Of a DNA stretch of 62,824 nucleotides, positions 29,608-39,235 are shown one piece after another; positions within the stretch are counted from its first letter, which is position 1; each line of letters begins with the position of its first letter. The DNA comes from Candidatus Pacearchaeota archaeon (GTDB lineage: Archaea > Nanobdellota > Nanobdellia > Pacearchaeales > GW2011-AR1): positions 1 through 62,824 of the forward strand of contig JAGVXF010000010.1 of the NCBI GenBank assembly GCA_018303925.1. Direction: 5' to 3'. The notes under the pieces were generated by a model. The model worked only from the letters and a program-made list of their open reading frames with translations. It made no database searches and was not told the DNA's origin. A program made the translations under genes and the position numbers.

Positions 29608-30324
29608 ATGACAGAGAAAAAACAAAATCATGGGGTAAGTCCTGAGGAGAAAGCAAAAAAAGAAATCGAAGCGACTGAAAAATTAAGAAAAGACAGACTC
29701 AATAATCTTGAAAGTCTTTTAAATTATGCCGGAGCAAATTACCTTAAGACTGAAGTTCCATACGGAAAAAAAGGTGCTGACGCAGGAAGTTACGCATTTA
29801 ATAATTTCTTGACAAGTGAAAAAGCTTATGAAATGAGAAATGGCATTTATAATCAAAAAGTCAAACAAGGACAGGAAATGCAACAGACTACAGGCTATAA
29901 TACCATCTCCGCTCCTGAATACCATGTAACAAATCATGAACTTGAAATGGCCGCTCTTGGATTAATTCAGGATGCACAAATACACTTAACATTAAGAGAC
30001 CTTGGAGAAGTTGTTAAAAAAGTTGCTCCCGGAACTAAAGAAAAAATTGATAGCCTCCCGGGAGAATTGCAAAAAATCTCTTATGCTTCAATTGGGGAAA
30101 AAGCACACAAAGCAAAAGAATCAGGAAAAGAATATTCTCCATCTAAAGAAGAAGGAGCATTTTTACAGGCTTACACTCATTTGACAAACGATTACAAAGA
30201 ATTTGCTGGACTTTCTCTTCTTAACCAATCGGTAACACAAAACTCTAACAATTTTTATGATTCTTTTTTGGAAGGCTACAAAAAAATGAAAGAAGAATCT
30301 GCTAAAGAAAAAGGGAAAAAGTAA
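29608..30324 (+). CDS. Hypothetical protein
   Basis: Start set at MTEKKQNHG, right after the stop of the previous ORF. Confidence 0.4.
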   Translation: MTEKKQNHGVSPEEKAKKEIEATEKLRKDRLNNLESLLNYAGANYLKTEVPYGKKGADAGSYAFNNFLTSEKAYEMRNGIYNQKVKQGQEMQQTTGYNTISAPEYHVTNHELEMAALGLIQDAQIHLTLRDLGEVVKKVAPGTKEKIDSLPGELQKISYASIGEKAHKAKESGKEYSPSKEEGAFLQAYTHLTNDYKEFAGLSLLNQSVTQNSNNFYDSFLEGYKKMKEESAKEKGKK

Positions 30325-30473
30325 GTTTCTTTATTTTTAACTGATAATGGACTAAAACCCATTTCAAAAGAAGCTGTTGCGGAATGTGTCAAAATTATAG
30401 ATAAAAATCTTGCAGGATTAGTTAAGTTGTTTAATAGATAAGATGATTATCCTAATGGTATAAAAATTAATAT

Positions 30474-31346
30474 TTATCCTTTTTTCTCTCTTACGATTTT
30501 TTCAACAAGCGAAATCATTTCTTTCATGAATTCTTCAGTTCTTTGTTGCCACATATCTATCTCTACACCTTTTAAATCAGAAATTTCTCTGTGATCTATT
30601 TTTTTGTGAAGATGATATAGGTCTTTGTACCACTCAACATATTTCAGTTTTAAAAATCCCCTGTCGACAAATGCTTCCTTTAAGTCAACCATAACATGTT
30701 CAGGAGAAGGTGGAAAATATCCTGATGCAATTAGCGCCCCATGCGCTGAGTCAACCATTGACCAGTAAAGCCCGTCAATTGCAGTCAGTTCCGCAGCCTT
30801 GCTTCTTGCTAAATGCATGGGAGCTCTTTGAATGCACTGGTAAATTGACTCGGGAGTCCCTTTAATTTTTCCTTTGAGCATAAGATATTTTAAAGGTTCA
30901 ATAAACCCGGCGTAATCAAGAATTGGAAAACCACTTCTTATTATGTTCAAAACAACAGGGTCTCCCTTTAGAAGGTCGTCCCACCAAGTAGATAATCTTA
31001 TTGTGTTTATATGAAGTTTTGCGTTATATGGGTTAGATTGAAGAATTTTATCAAGTTCTTCACGGTACCATGCAATTAATTCCTGATCCCAGTTAATTGA
31101 AACATCGTCGACAATTATTATTATGTCAATATCCGAACCCAAAGTCGCTTTTTCTTTTTCAACCGAACCAAAAAGAACAACTGATTTTATTATTTTATTA
31201 AATTTTTCATAAGATTTGAGCGCGAAATCAGTTGCAATTTCATGGTCTGTTTTAAGGTTCAGGCTTGGAATATTTTTTGGATTCTTCTTTGAACCTTTTT
31301 TTAAAACTTTTTTCACGACTGCTTTAGGATGCTTTTTTTTCACCAT
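30474..31346 (-). CDS. Nucleotidyltransferase-domain protein (shorter paralog of 22906-24672)
   Basis: FGSVEKEKATLGSDIDIIIIVDD is the GS...DxD motif. The downstream helical region resembles the larger paralog. Confidence 0.6.
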   Translation of the reverse strand: MVKKKHPKAVVKKVLKKGSKKNPKNIPSLNLKTDHEIATDFALKSYEKFNKIIKSVVLFGSVEKEKATLGSDIDIIIIVDDVSINWDQELIAWYREELDKILQSNPYNAKLHINTIRLSTWWDDLLKGDPVVLNIIRSGFPILDYAGFIEPLKYLMLKGKIKGTPESIYQCIQRAPMHLARSKAAELTAIDGLYWSMVDSAHGALIASGYFPPSPEHVMVDLKEAFVDRGFLKLKYVEWYKDLYHLHKKIDHREISDLKGVEIDMWQQRTEEFMKEMISLVEKIVREKKG

Positions 31347-31456
31347 CTTATTCTTTAATATATATTTTCGGGTATTTAAATTTTCTTTATTTTCTTAATT
31401 AATGAATTTATGAATTTCAAAACCTCTTTAGCAAATTTTTGAAATAGTCTTTGGGC

Positions 31457-33304
31457 TTAAAATCCTCCACCACCCATTCTTCCGCCGCTTTCCCGGCCCT
31501 GACTTTGCTGACCTCCAAGGCTTTGGGGAAGCTGTGAAAATCCTGCTCCAAAAAGCTGGTAATTTGTCGATGGAAGCATTTGACCGTAACCTTCCATATA
31601 ACTTTGCTGAAAACCTCCGGCCTGCGACCAGTAAGGACCCATTGCCGCCGAATAAATAGGAGAGCCATATGCTTCTAAAATTTGGGGAAAAGGTGAAGTC
31701 TTGAAATGCTCAAACCATCCTCCGACTTCATTTATTTTTATTGCCTTTGCGCCTTCTTCACCCAATGCTTCTAAAAGCGCCTGAAAAGGAACATTTCCCA
31801 TTCCGGGGGGAAGATGGCTGTCATTAAAGCCAAAATTGTCTGTTAAATGAACTTTGTTTACATATTTTGAAACTTTTTTTGCCTCTTCAACAAGGTCTTT
31901 GTCAGTATATCCGAATTTTTTTGACATGTTCATGTGTCCAACGTCAAAAGTAACTCCTATTAACTTTGAAGCAATTTTCTCCGCTTCCCCATTTGAAACC
32001 CCTTTTTCTTTCACAAGTTTATCAGCAAATTTCTTTCTTGAAGCTTCAACCAAATTCTTTAAATCTTCCCCCTGGGAAAAACCAATATCCTGATACAAAT
32101 TTTCAATTGAAAGGGAAGGTGCCTTATCACCCTTTACTTCATACGCATGCATTGCAACATTTGAAAAAGTGTCTGAAGCCTTATTTATTGAAAAGGATTC
32201 TATCCCTTCAAGTATTTGAGGATTCACTTTTTTTAGTTTTTCAGCAAAAACCTGCATCGCATTTGCCTGATTTTGAAAGTCATGATAAACATAACTCATT
32301 CTCGCTTTTTCTTCTTCGGTCAATTTTCCGCTTTTAACTTTTTCAGGGTCAACACCATACAAATCTCTTGCAAATTCGTTGGACATTATTTCAAGTTCTT
32401 TTTTTTGGCCATCAGTTCCAAGTTCATAAGCTTTTGAAAAAGTGCCGTTCAAAGAACGATGAATGTCATCAAGATAAGCCCTTGCCGAATTTGTTTTTAA
32501 AACCAAATTTTTTTCATTGGGACCAAGCTGTCTGAAATATTCCTCATCCTCTCCTGACTTGATAGCCATTATCTGGGCTTCTTTAGGAATTTTTGAAATA
32601 ATATTATCAAAATTTACTTTTTGAAATTCTATTTTCTCAATCTGGTCTTCCCACATTGTTTTGTTTGCAATTTCGAGTTGTTTTTCAGGGGAGTATTTTT
32701 CTTTTCTTACCCCAAAATCAGGGTAAAATTTAGTATCCTCTTTAATTGGCCTTAATTGTCCCGTTTCCCTGTCAACAGCAACAAGCATATCAGTAACTTT
32801 TTTTCTTTCTCCGTTTTCATCATTTATATATTTAAAATTTGAACCTGCAGCGTTTGAGCCATGAATAGTTATAGGCATATTGCCTTTTTCGTCAATTATT
32901 GAGGCTTTGTCAATCATATCTTTAAGTTGCCTTTCCACAAGGAGCCTGTTTGATTCGTCCCAGCCCTGCTGTCCAAATCCCGACGGGTCTGTTCCCTGTA
33001 TCGGCGCATGAAGAGTGAGTTCAGCGCCGGCAAGTTTTGCTTTTCGCCTCATCTCTGCAAAATGCTGTTTCGGAATTTGTTCAAAAATTTGGGGAGAAAG
33101 AGTTCCAATTTCCATAATGGAAATTCCCTGGTTTAATGACTGGCTTAATGCAGCAATCTGATTTGCAACTCTTGGGTCAGTAGTCAATCCCAGTTGGCGG
33201 GCCGGAATCATTCCCTGCTTTCCCAGATAGGGGGAATCTTCACTTGGCATGAAAGAATCATAGCCCGGTTCATAAATGTTTTCAATAGTATAATCTTTTG
33301 CCAT
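31457..33304 (-). CDS. Xylose-isomerase-like (AP endonuclease 2 family) TIM-barrel protein with a large internal insertion and a Gly/Gln-rich tail
   Basis: ELTLHAP early, then FDVGHMN and VHLTDNFGFNDSHLPPGMGNVPF late. About 250 aa of helical insert lie between them. The C-terminus is GGFQQSY...QSQGRESGGRMGGGGF. Confidence 0.55.
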   Translation of the reverse strand: MAKDYTIENIYEPGYDSFMPSEDSPYLGKQGMIPARQLGLTTDPRVANQIAALSQSLNQGISIMEIGTLSPQIFEQIPKQHFAEMRRKAKLAGAELTLHAPIQGTDPSGFGQQGWDESNRLLVERQLKDMIDKASIIDEKGNMPITIHGSNAAGSNFKYINDENGERKKVTDMLVAVDRETGQLRPIKEDTKFYPDFGVRKEKYSPEKQLEIANKTMWEDQIEKIEFQKVNFDNIISKIPKEAQIMAIKSGEDEEYFRQLGPNEKNLVLKTNSARAYLDDIHRSLNGTFSKAYELGTDGQKKELEIMSNEFARDLYGVDPEKVKSGKLTEEEKARMSYVYHDFQNQANAMQVFAEKLKKVNPQILEGIESFSINKASDTFSNVAMHAYEVKGDKAPSLSIENLYQDIGFSQGEDLKNLVEASRKKFADKLVKEKGVSNGEAEKIASKLIGVTFDVGHMNMSKKFGYTDKDLVEEAKKVSKYVNKVHLTDNFGFNDSHLPPGMGNVPFQALLEALGEEGAKAIKINEVGGWFEHFKTSPFPQILEAYGSPIYSAAMGPYWSQAGGFQQSYMEGYGQMLPSTNYQLFGAGFSQLPQSLGGQQSQGRESGGRMGGGGF

Positions 33305-33371
33305 AATTGATATTTCTCACCCCGAGATTATTAAGAAAAAGATGTTTATTAAATTATTGAATTTTTTTAAA

Positions 33372-33788
33372 TTAGTAATCCACTTTTTTACTTCCAAATT
33401 CAATATAAAACATATCATAACCCGTTCTTTCTGTGGGAACATGAGAATCATCTCTACAAGCAAATTCACCTTTTTTTCTTCCTGTTTTTTCCTCATCAAT
33501 TACAATCTGTAATGTTTCAAGGTCATCGTGATTATGATTTTTCCTGTAAACATGCCTTTCAAATGAGATTCCGTTTTTGTCAACAGAAATTGAATAGTCT
33601 GCAGTTGAATGGTCGGCAGACTTTTCTTCAGGGTTAAATAAAAAAGAAATAAATTCTTTTTTTTATAAGAATACTGGACCATTGACAAGACTCAACGTAT
33701 ACTCTTTATTCCCTATTCTTAAATTTTCAAAATGGAACATATTTTTTTTGATTTCAGTTTTAACAACTTTTTCATCAATAAATTTCAT
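33372..33788 (-). pseudogene. 138-codon ORF interrupted by one in-frame TAA (33663-33665) inside an A8 run
   Basis: MKFIDEKVV...GPVFL-TAA-KKEFISFLFNPEEKSADHS...FGSKKVDY. The 96-codon distal part has no start codon of its own. Confidence 0.45.
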
Positions 33789-33842
33789 GATAAACCCGTA
33801 GGAGTTTGGTTTAAATATATTTATGTGTAAAAATAAATAAGT

Positions 33843-34418
33843 TCAAATCTTTCTTTTTTTAAGGTAATCCTTTTTCATAGTGTCTTCGGGGGTTATGGGA
33901 TTCCATTCGGATTTTTCGTTTCCAACCATCTCTTCTCCGACTGTTTTAAGATGCTTGTAGAGTTGCTTTTGCTCTTCCAAAATTCTTTCAGTGGAAGACA
34001 TGTTGGGTCTTGAAAAATTAGTCTCCGGTTCAAAAGCCTGATATTTCATAAGTTCAGCCTTGGGTTTGGGTATATAATCAAAATTGTCCTCCTTACGAGT
34101 GTCATCATCTTTTATATTTTTGGTTGGTTCATCAATATCGCTTTCAGGAATTTCAAGCATATTTTCAAGAGAAACGTCTCTTTTTTGGCTCGTCAAAAAG
34201 TGCATCATACGGTTTTTAAATTCTGCTTCATCTTCAAGAGAAGTTTCAAGTTCTTCAAGCTCATCTTCGGAAAGCTCTTCTTCTTTATAAGGCTCATGGT
34301 CTTCAAACCAGTCCTGAGACTCATTATCTGCCCCATTTTCTTTTTTTTCTGCTTTACCTTTCTCTTTTTCTTTTCTGTTTTTTTCTTTATTCTCTTTTGA
34401 ACTTTCTTTTTTTGCCAT
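33843..34418 (-). CDS. Highly charged (acidic) hypothetical protein
   Basis: Lys/Glu-rich N-terminus and an acidic middle (EELSEDELEELETSLEDE). Confidence 0.45.
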   Translation of the reverse strand: MAKKESSKENKEKNRKEKEKGKAEKKENGADNESQDWFEDHEPYKEEELSEDELEELETSLEDEAEFKNRMMHFLTSQKRDVSLENMLEIPESDIDEPTKNIKDDDTRKEDNFDYIPKPKAELMKYQAFEPETNFSRPNMSSTERILEEQKQLYKHLKTVGEEMVGNEKSEWNPITPEDTMKKDYLKKRKI

Positions 34419-34478
34419 GTATGTGAAAAGAAAAAAGGATATTTAATTATTTGGGATATTGTTATTTGCTGCTAAAAC

Positions 34479-35861
34479 TTAGCTTGGAAAAGCAGACATT
34501 CCGTGGGCCCTTTTGTAAGTTTCAAAAAGTGCTTTTGTCAGAGTGGCTGTTTTTTCCTCAATTGAAGGGATAAAATATTCTTTTTCATACCACTTTAGGT
34601 GTCTTTTGTAAGGGCCAGTTTTTTTCTTTTCTTTTTTCTCTTTTTCTTGGGGGTCTTTTTTATTATAAACCCCAAACAATGCAAAGAAAGGATTGTCTCC
34701 GGGATGTTTCTTTTCTTTTTTTGTTTCTTCCTCTTTGTCATTTATATATTCATCAATATCCTCTTTAAGTACCTCAAGACTTTCTGTTGTTGCACCCTGA
34801 ATCAACCCAAGTGCATCATTAAGGTCAGATTTATCTATTTCTTCATAAATTTTTTTTATTTCACTGTCCATGAGAGCATAACCTTTGAAGTGAATTTCTG
34901 CTCTTCCCCCAACTACAAAACCAGCCTGGGTTCTTGACGGAATTCCCCTGAAGCTAAAATCCACTAGAATGCATGCATTGTATTTTTCCTCAACTGAATT
35001 AAGGAATTTTTCTGTTGCAAAAAAAGGGGGTAAATTTCCGGATTTTGCCTCCCCCTTAACGTCAAGCGTTTGTTTTCCAAATAAAGTAAGTTCTAACAAT
35101 AAAGAATTAAACATGTTTACAAGGTTTGGATTTCTCTTTCCTTCAGACATTTCAAGTTCCTGCGCTGCGCGTAGATACGGCTTTGCCCAGCGCGAATAAA
35201 TTTTAAGCGAATTAACCTGGCTTTTTAGGTAAGTTTTTTCAATATGAAATCTTTTTCTTAGTTCACCTTCCGACTCCTTAACCCATATATTAAATTCATG
35301 GAGTCTTGGCTTCAAAATTCTTTTAACAATCTGGTTTAAATCAAGTTTTTCAACTCCTTCTTCATCATCCACAACCAAAAAAGCATCTATTAGAGTATTA
35401 AATCCGGACTGCCCGAGAGCCATTGCTTTTATTGAAGAATTCCCTTTTTGAATATCCACTTTGTCCATCCATATCTGCTTTAAACTTAAAAGCGCCGATG
35501 CCTTTTCCTTAGAGTTTTTTAAATCGTCATAAGACTTAAGGCGGATTTTAAATTCCCTTAAGTCATAAATAAGATTAAGGATGCTTCTTAAAACGGTGTT
35601 TATGTCTCCTAAAAGTTTTGACCCTTGGTTTTGCATATAAGTCTTTCTCTGACCCATATCCCCAAAGTGCTGTGAGCCCGGGCTTGAAACAAAATTATCA
35701 ACTAATTTTTCGGTATTTAATCCCATGTCATTCATTAAGTCAAGAATAAAAAAATAAAGTGGTTCAAGGGTTTCGGTGGGTGAATCATAAACCAATTTGT
35801 GCTCCATCTTTGGCTTTTTTCCAATTACCTCTTCTATTATCTCTGAAATGGTTTTAACCAT
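34479..35861 (-). CDS. Hypothetical 460-aa protein
   Basis: Long clean ORF with a Lys/Glu-rich segment near the C-terminus; no motif recognised. Confidence 0.5.
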   Translation of the reverse strand: MVKTISEIIEEVIGKKPKMEHKLVYDSPTETLEPLYFFILDLMNDMGLNTEKLVDNFVSSPGSQHFGDMGQRKTYMQNQGSKLLGDINTVLRSILNLIYDLREFKIRLKSYDDLKNSKEKASALLSLKQIWMDKVDIQKGNSSIKAMALGQSGFNTLIDAFLVVDDEEGVEKLDLNQIVKRILKPRLHEFNIWVKESEGELRKRFHIEKTYLKSQVNSLKIYSRWAKPYLRAAQELEMSEGKRNPNLVNMFNSLLLELTLFGKQTLDVKGEAKSGNLPPFFATEKFLNSVEEKYNACILVDFSFRGIPSRTQAGFVVGGRAEIHFKGYALMDSEIKKIYEEIDKSDLNDALGLIQGATTESLEVLKEDIDEYINDKEEETKKEKKHPGDNPFFALFGVYNKKDPQEKEKKEKKKTGPYKRHLKWYEKEYFIPSIEEKTATLTKALFETYKRAHGMSAFPS

Positions 35862-35936
35862 GTTTACTATTGGAAGAACATCTTTAAAAAATATTCTAAT
35901 GGGTAAATTTAAATAATTAAGAAAATTTAATACTTT

Positions 35937-36278
35937 ATGCCAATGTTCAAAAAAAAAGAGAAATATATTGATCTTTCTGAAAGAATGAGAAAACAGCAGG
36001 AAAGGGTCGAGGATTTTAAATCAAACATAAAAACCGAAAATAAAACGGAAAGTTCCATTTCTTCCGGAGGGGGATTTTTTAGCTTTTTTGGAGGGGGGGG
36101 TTCTGCTGCTTCGACAGCTTCAGCGGACTCTTCGTCTGACAGCCCTGAAGAGAGAAGAAAAAAACTTTCAAAAAAACTTTCAGACATGACAACAAAAATG
36201 GAAGACCTTGAAAACCAAATTTACCATTTGAAACAAAGGGTTGAAGTTCTTGAAAGAAAGCAAAAAATAGGATACTGA
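35937..36278 (+). CDS. Small Gly/Ser-rich protein with a C-terminal coiled coil
   Basis: GGGFFSFFGGGGSAAS low-complexity region, then LSDMTTKMEDLENQIYHLKQRVEVLERKQ. Confidence 0.45.
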   Translation: MPMFKKKEKYIDLSERMRKQQERVEDFKSNIKTENKTESSISSGGGFFSFFGGGGSAASTASADSSSDSPEERRKKLSKKLSDMTTKMEDLENQIYHLKQRVEVLERKQKIGY

Positions 36279-36660
36279 TTAAAAAGTTTCCCCATTTTTT
36301 TAAAACAATAAATTAATAAAACTAAAAATTATCCTATTCAAATGAATGCAACTTTTGCGAAAGATTCACTTAGATTTTTTCATATATTTACTTCTGTTGT
36401 CTTCGTTTTCTGTATGGGATTTTTAGTTTATGCGATTTTTTCAAATTATAGAGGTGAAATATGACGGAAAGTGCCCCTTAAGGAACCTTCACAAAAAACA
36501 TGAAAAGGATGAAAGGCTTATGAATGCATTTTTCCCTGAAAAAGTCGGAAATTTTTTGATAAGGGCTTTTGTTGTGGTCACAACAATAGTCTTTCTTTCC
36601 TGGAATATTATGGAATTTCTAATTAATTAAATTAATAAACTTCCCAGACTAATTTTTGGT

Positions 36661-37863
36661 ATGATAAAGAATATTGATAAAAAGATTCGCGGATATGCGT
36701 TAAAAAATGCAATTGCCTACGGCGGAAAAGCAAATCCCGGCTCAGTTGTTTCGGCGCTTTTTAATGAAGGGCTTAAAAAGTCCGATGTGAAAGAAGTTAT
36801 GCCTAAAATTCAGAAAGTGATTAAAGAAATTTCTAAATTTAATCTCGATGAGCAAAAGAAAGAATATGAAAAATTTAAAGAAATTTTGTCCGAAAGAGAA
36901 TCGCGCGAGGGGATGCCAGAATTACCAAATGCAGAAAAAGGTGTTGTCATGAGATTTAGACCGGCGCCATCAGGTCCGCTTCACATTGGAAATATGATTG
37001 GGGCGGGTCTTCCGACTTATTTGTATATAAAAAAATACTCGGGAAAATTTTATGTAATTATTGATGACACTAATCCGGAAAAGACACTTTTTGAAAGCTA
37101 TGAAAATATAAAAAGGGACTGCGACTGGATGTTTGGAAATGTTACAAAATATGTCGTTTCTTCTGACAGGATAGATTTATATTATGCTTATGCTGTCGGG
37201 TTGATTGAAAAAAACAAAGCATATATTTGTGAATGTGAACCGGAAAAATTTAAAGAATTTTCAATGAAAAAAACCAATTGCCCATGCAGAAAAAAAAGCA
37301 TAAAAGAGAATATAAAAAACTGGGAAAAAATGCTGGATAAAAAAGGGTACAAAGAAGGCGAGGCCGTTTTAAGATTCAAATCTGACATGAAAGACCCTAA
37401 TCCATCTATGAGGGATTTTCCACTTGCAAGGATTAATACAACTAAACATCCAATGCAGGGGGATAAATATAGAGTTTGGCCTTTGATGAATTTGGTGGTT
37501 GCAGTGGACGATATGGATTTTGAAATGACCCATATTATAAGAGGGAAAGACCATAAAGACAATGCCGAAAGGCAAAAAATGATTTTTGATGTTTTTAAAA
37601 AAAAGTTTCCCTGGACTTTTTTTATCGGGAGAATAAAGTTTAAGGATTTGGTGCTTTCAAAAAGAAAATTAACCGAGGGAATAAAATCCGGTGAATTTTC
37701 CGGGGAAGATGATCCTCGGCTTGCAACGGTCATTTCTTTAAAAAAGAGGGGTTACAAACCCGAAGCTTTTTACAAATTTGCGGAGGAGAGAGGTTTAACC
37801 GAAGTTGACAAAGTCATAAGCTCCGGGGATTTTTTTAAGATTATCGACCAATTCAATAAATAG
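36661..37863 (+). CDS. gltX: Glutamyl-tRNA synthetase catalytic core lacking the C-terminal anticodon-binding domain
   Basis: The N-terminal YALKNAIAYGGKANPGSV domain is normal for archaeal GluRS. HIGH = PSGPLHIGN and KMSKS-like = LVLSKRK. The protein ends at 400 aa where full-length archaeal GluRS continues for about 150-190 aa. Confidence 0.8.
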   Translation: MIKNIDKKIRGYALKNAIAYGGKANPGSVVSALFNEGLKKSDVKEVMPKIQKVIKEISKFNLDEQKKEYEKFKEILSERESREGMPELPNAEKGVVMRFRPAPSGPLHIGNMIGAGLPTYLYIKKYSGKFYVIIDDTNPEKTLFESYENIKRDCDWMFGNVTKYVVSSDRIDLYYAYAVGLIEKNKAYICECEPEKFKEFSMKKTNCPCRKKSIKENIKNWEKMLDKKGYKEGEAVLRFKSDMKDPNPSMRDFPLARINTTKHPMQGDKYRVWPLMNLVVAVDDMDFEMTHIIRGKDHKDNAERQKMIFDVFKKKFPWTFFIGRIKFKDLVLSKRKLTEGIKSGEFSGEDDPRLATVISLKKRGYKPEAFYKFAEERGLTEVDKVISSGDFFKIIDQFNK

Positions 37864-37961
37864 CAAAAAAGAAAAAATCATCAACGAAAACCTTTTTATA
37901 GTAGTTTTTATTATTAGTTAAAGCAGTAATGCTACGAGAAAATTTACAAAGGGGGTGAAAA

Positions 37962-39221
37962 ATGATAACGGGAAAAAAAGGATTGTCAACTGTTGTAACA
38001 ACATTGATAATGGTGCTTTTGGTTCTTGCAGCTGTAGGAATCATTTGGGTTCCAGTAAAAAATCTTTTGTCAACAAACACAAATTCACTTGACCAGACAA
38101 AGTGCTTTAGTGTAAATTATCAGGTTTTGAAAGTGAATGCTACATCAGGTAATATGTATAATGTTACTTTAAAGAGGTATGATACTGGAGGCAGCATTGG
38201 GGAGGTTGGAGCAAAAGTAATCTTTTATAATGATGCGGGAAGCAGTAGGACTCTTGATTTTGGCAAAATGTTTGGCGCACTCGAAGTACAAACATCTTCG
38301 CTTGATGCTGGATTTTCAGATGCAAATAGCGTAGAAGTTGCACCTTATTACATTGACCAAGCAACCGGGGAAGAAAAGATCTGCACAAACTCAGCAACGT
38401 TAGATTTTCGAAGGATTGAGGGGAGAGGAGGTCCGGGGGTTGTTTGCGGCAATGGAATTTTAGAAAGTGGAGAGCAGTGTGATTATGGCGCAAATAATGG
38501 GGTTGCATGTACTCCTCTTTATGGTGAGGAATGTGATTATTGCAGTACTAGCTGTCAGTTTGTAAATGTTCCGGGGGGAAATTGCGGAGATGGAACATGC
38601 GAGCCTCCAGTAGAAACGGAACTAAATTGTCCTTCGGATTGCGGAACTGTTTCTTCAGGGTTAGTTATAGAGTTAAGTTTTGAAAATAATGTCCAGGATA
38701 GTTCCGGAAATAATAACCATGGAACTTTGGTCGGAGCAACATATGTGACAGGAGTTTCAGGACAGGCAATTTCTTTTGATGGAGCTGGAGACTATGTGAG
38801 AATTCCTTATGCGGGGAATCTTCCTCAGGGAAGTGTTGCTTTCTGGCTGAAATCTTCCGGAAGTACAGGGAATACTCAAATATTTTTTGAGGGAGATGGA
38901 GCAGCTTATGCTTCAAGTCCGGGATTTGAAGGAAACGGCACCAAGTTTTATTTTCACCTTAACGGGGGTATATATACAATTCCAACAACATATAGTTCTG
39001 GAACCTGGATCCATTTTGTTGGAACATGGGATGGAAGTGTATGCAAATTATATAAAAATGGAGAGCTTGTTTCGTCGTTATCATGTGGAGCAGGAGAAAA
39101 TGGAATTACTCATTTTTATGTTGGAGGAAGGCTCTCAAGTTATAGCTATTATGGATTGATGGATGAGTTGAAGGTTTATAATCGTGCTTTGTCTCTTTCT
39201 GAAGTTGAGAGTTTGATGTAA
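37962..39221 (+). CDS. Pilin-signal surface protein with Cys-rich repeats and a LamG (concanavalin-like) domain
   Basis: N-terminus GKKGLSTVVTTLIMVLLVL, CGNGILESGEQCDYG-type repeats, and a C-terminal GLMDELKVYNRALS LamG signature. Confidence 0.7.
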   Translation: MITGKKGLSTVVTTLIMVLLVLAAVGIIWVPVKNLLSTNTNSLDQTKCFSVNYQVLKVNATSGNMYNVTLKRYDTGGSIGEVGAKVIFYNDAGSSRTLDFGKMFGALEVQTSSLDAGFSDANSVEVAPYYIDQATGEEKICTNSATLDFRRIEGRGGPGVVCGNGILESGEQCDYGANNGVACTPLYGEECDYCSTSCQFVNVPGGNCGDGTCEPPVETELNCPSDCGTVSSGLVIELSFENNVQDSSGNNNHGTLVGATYVTGVSGQAISFDGAGDYVRIPYAGNLPQGSVAFWLKSSGSTGNTQIFFEGDGAAYASSPGFEGNGTKFYFHLNGGIYTIPTTYSSGTWIHFVGTWDGSVCKLYKNGELVSSLSCGAGENGITHFYVGGRLSSYSYYGLMDELKVYNRALSLSEVESLM

Positions 39222-39235
39222 GCATAAGAGGTCCG

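Noticed and set aside
31417-31668. Track ORF of 83 aa overlapping the 3' end of the TIM-barrel gene
   Set aside because: It is on the same strand but in a different frame, inside the Gly/Gln-rich tail region of the longer and better-supported ORF.
33317-33688. Track ORFs 33317-33499 and 33500-33688 (minus strand)
   Set aside because: Their translations are low-complexity. A different frame gives a much more protein-like 138-codon product (33372-33788) with a single internal TAA.
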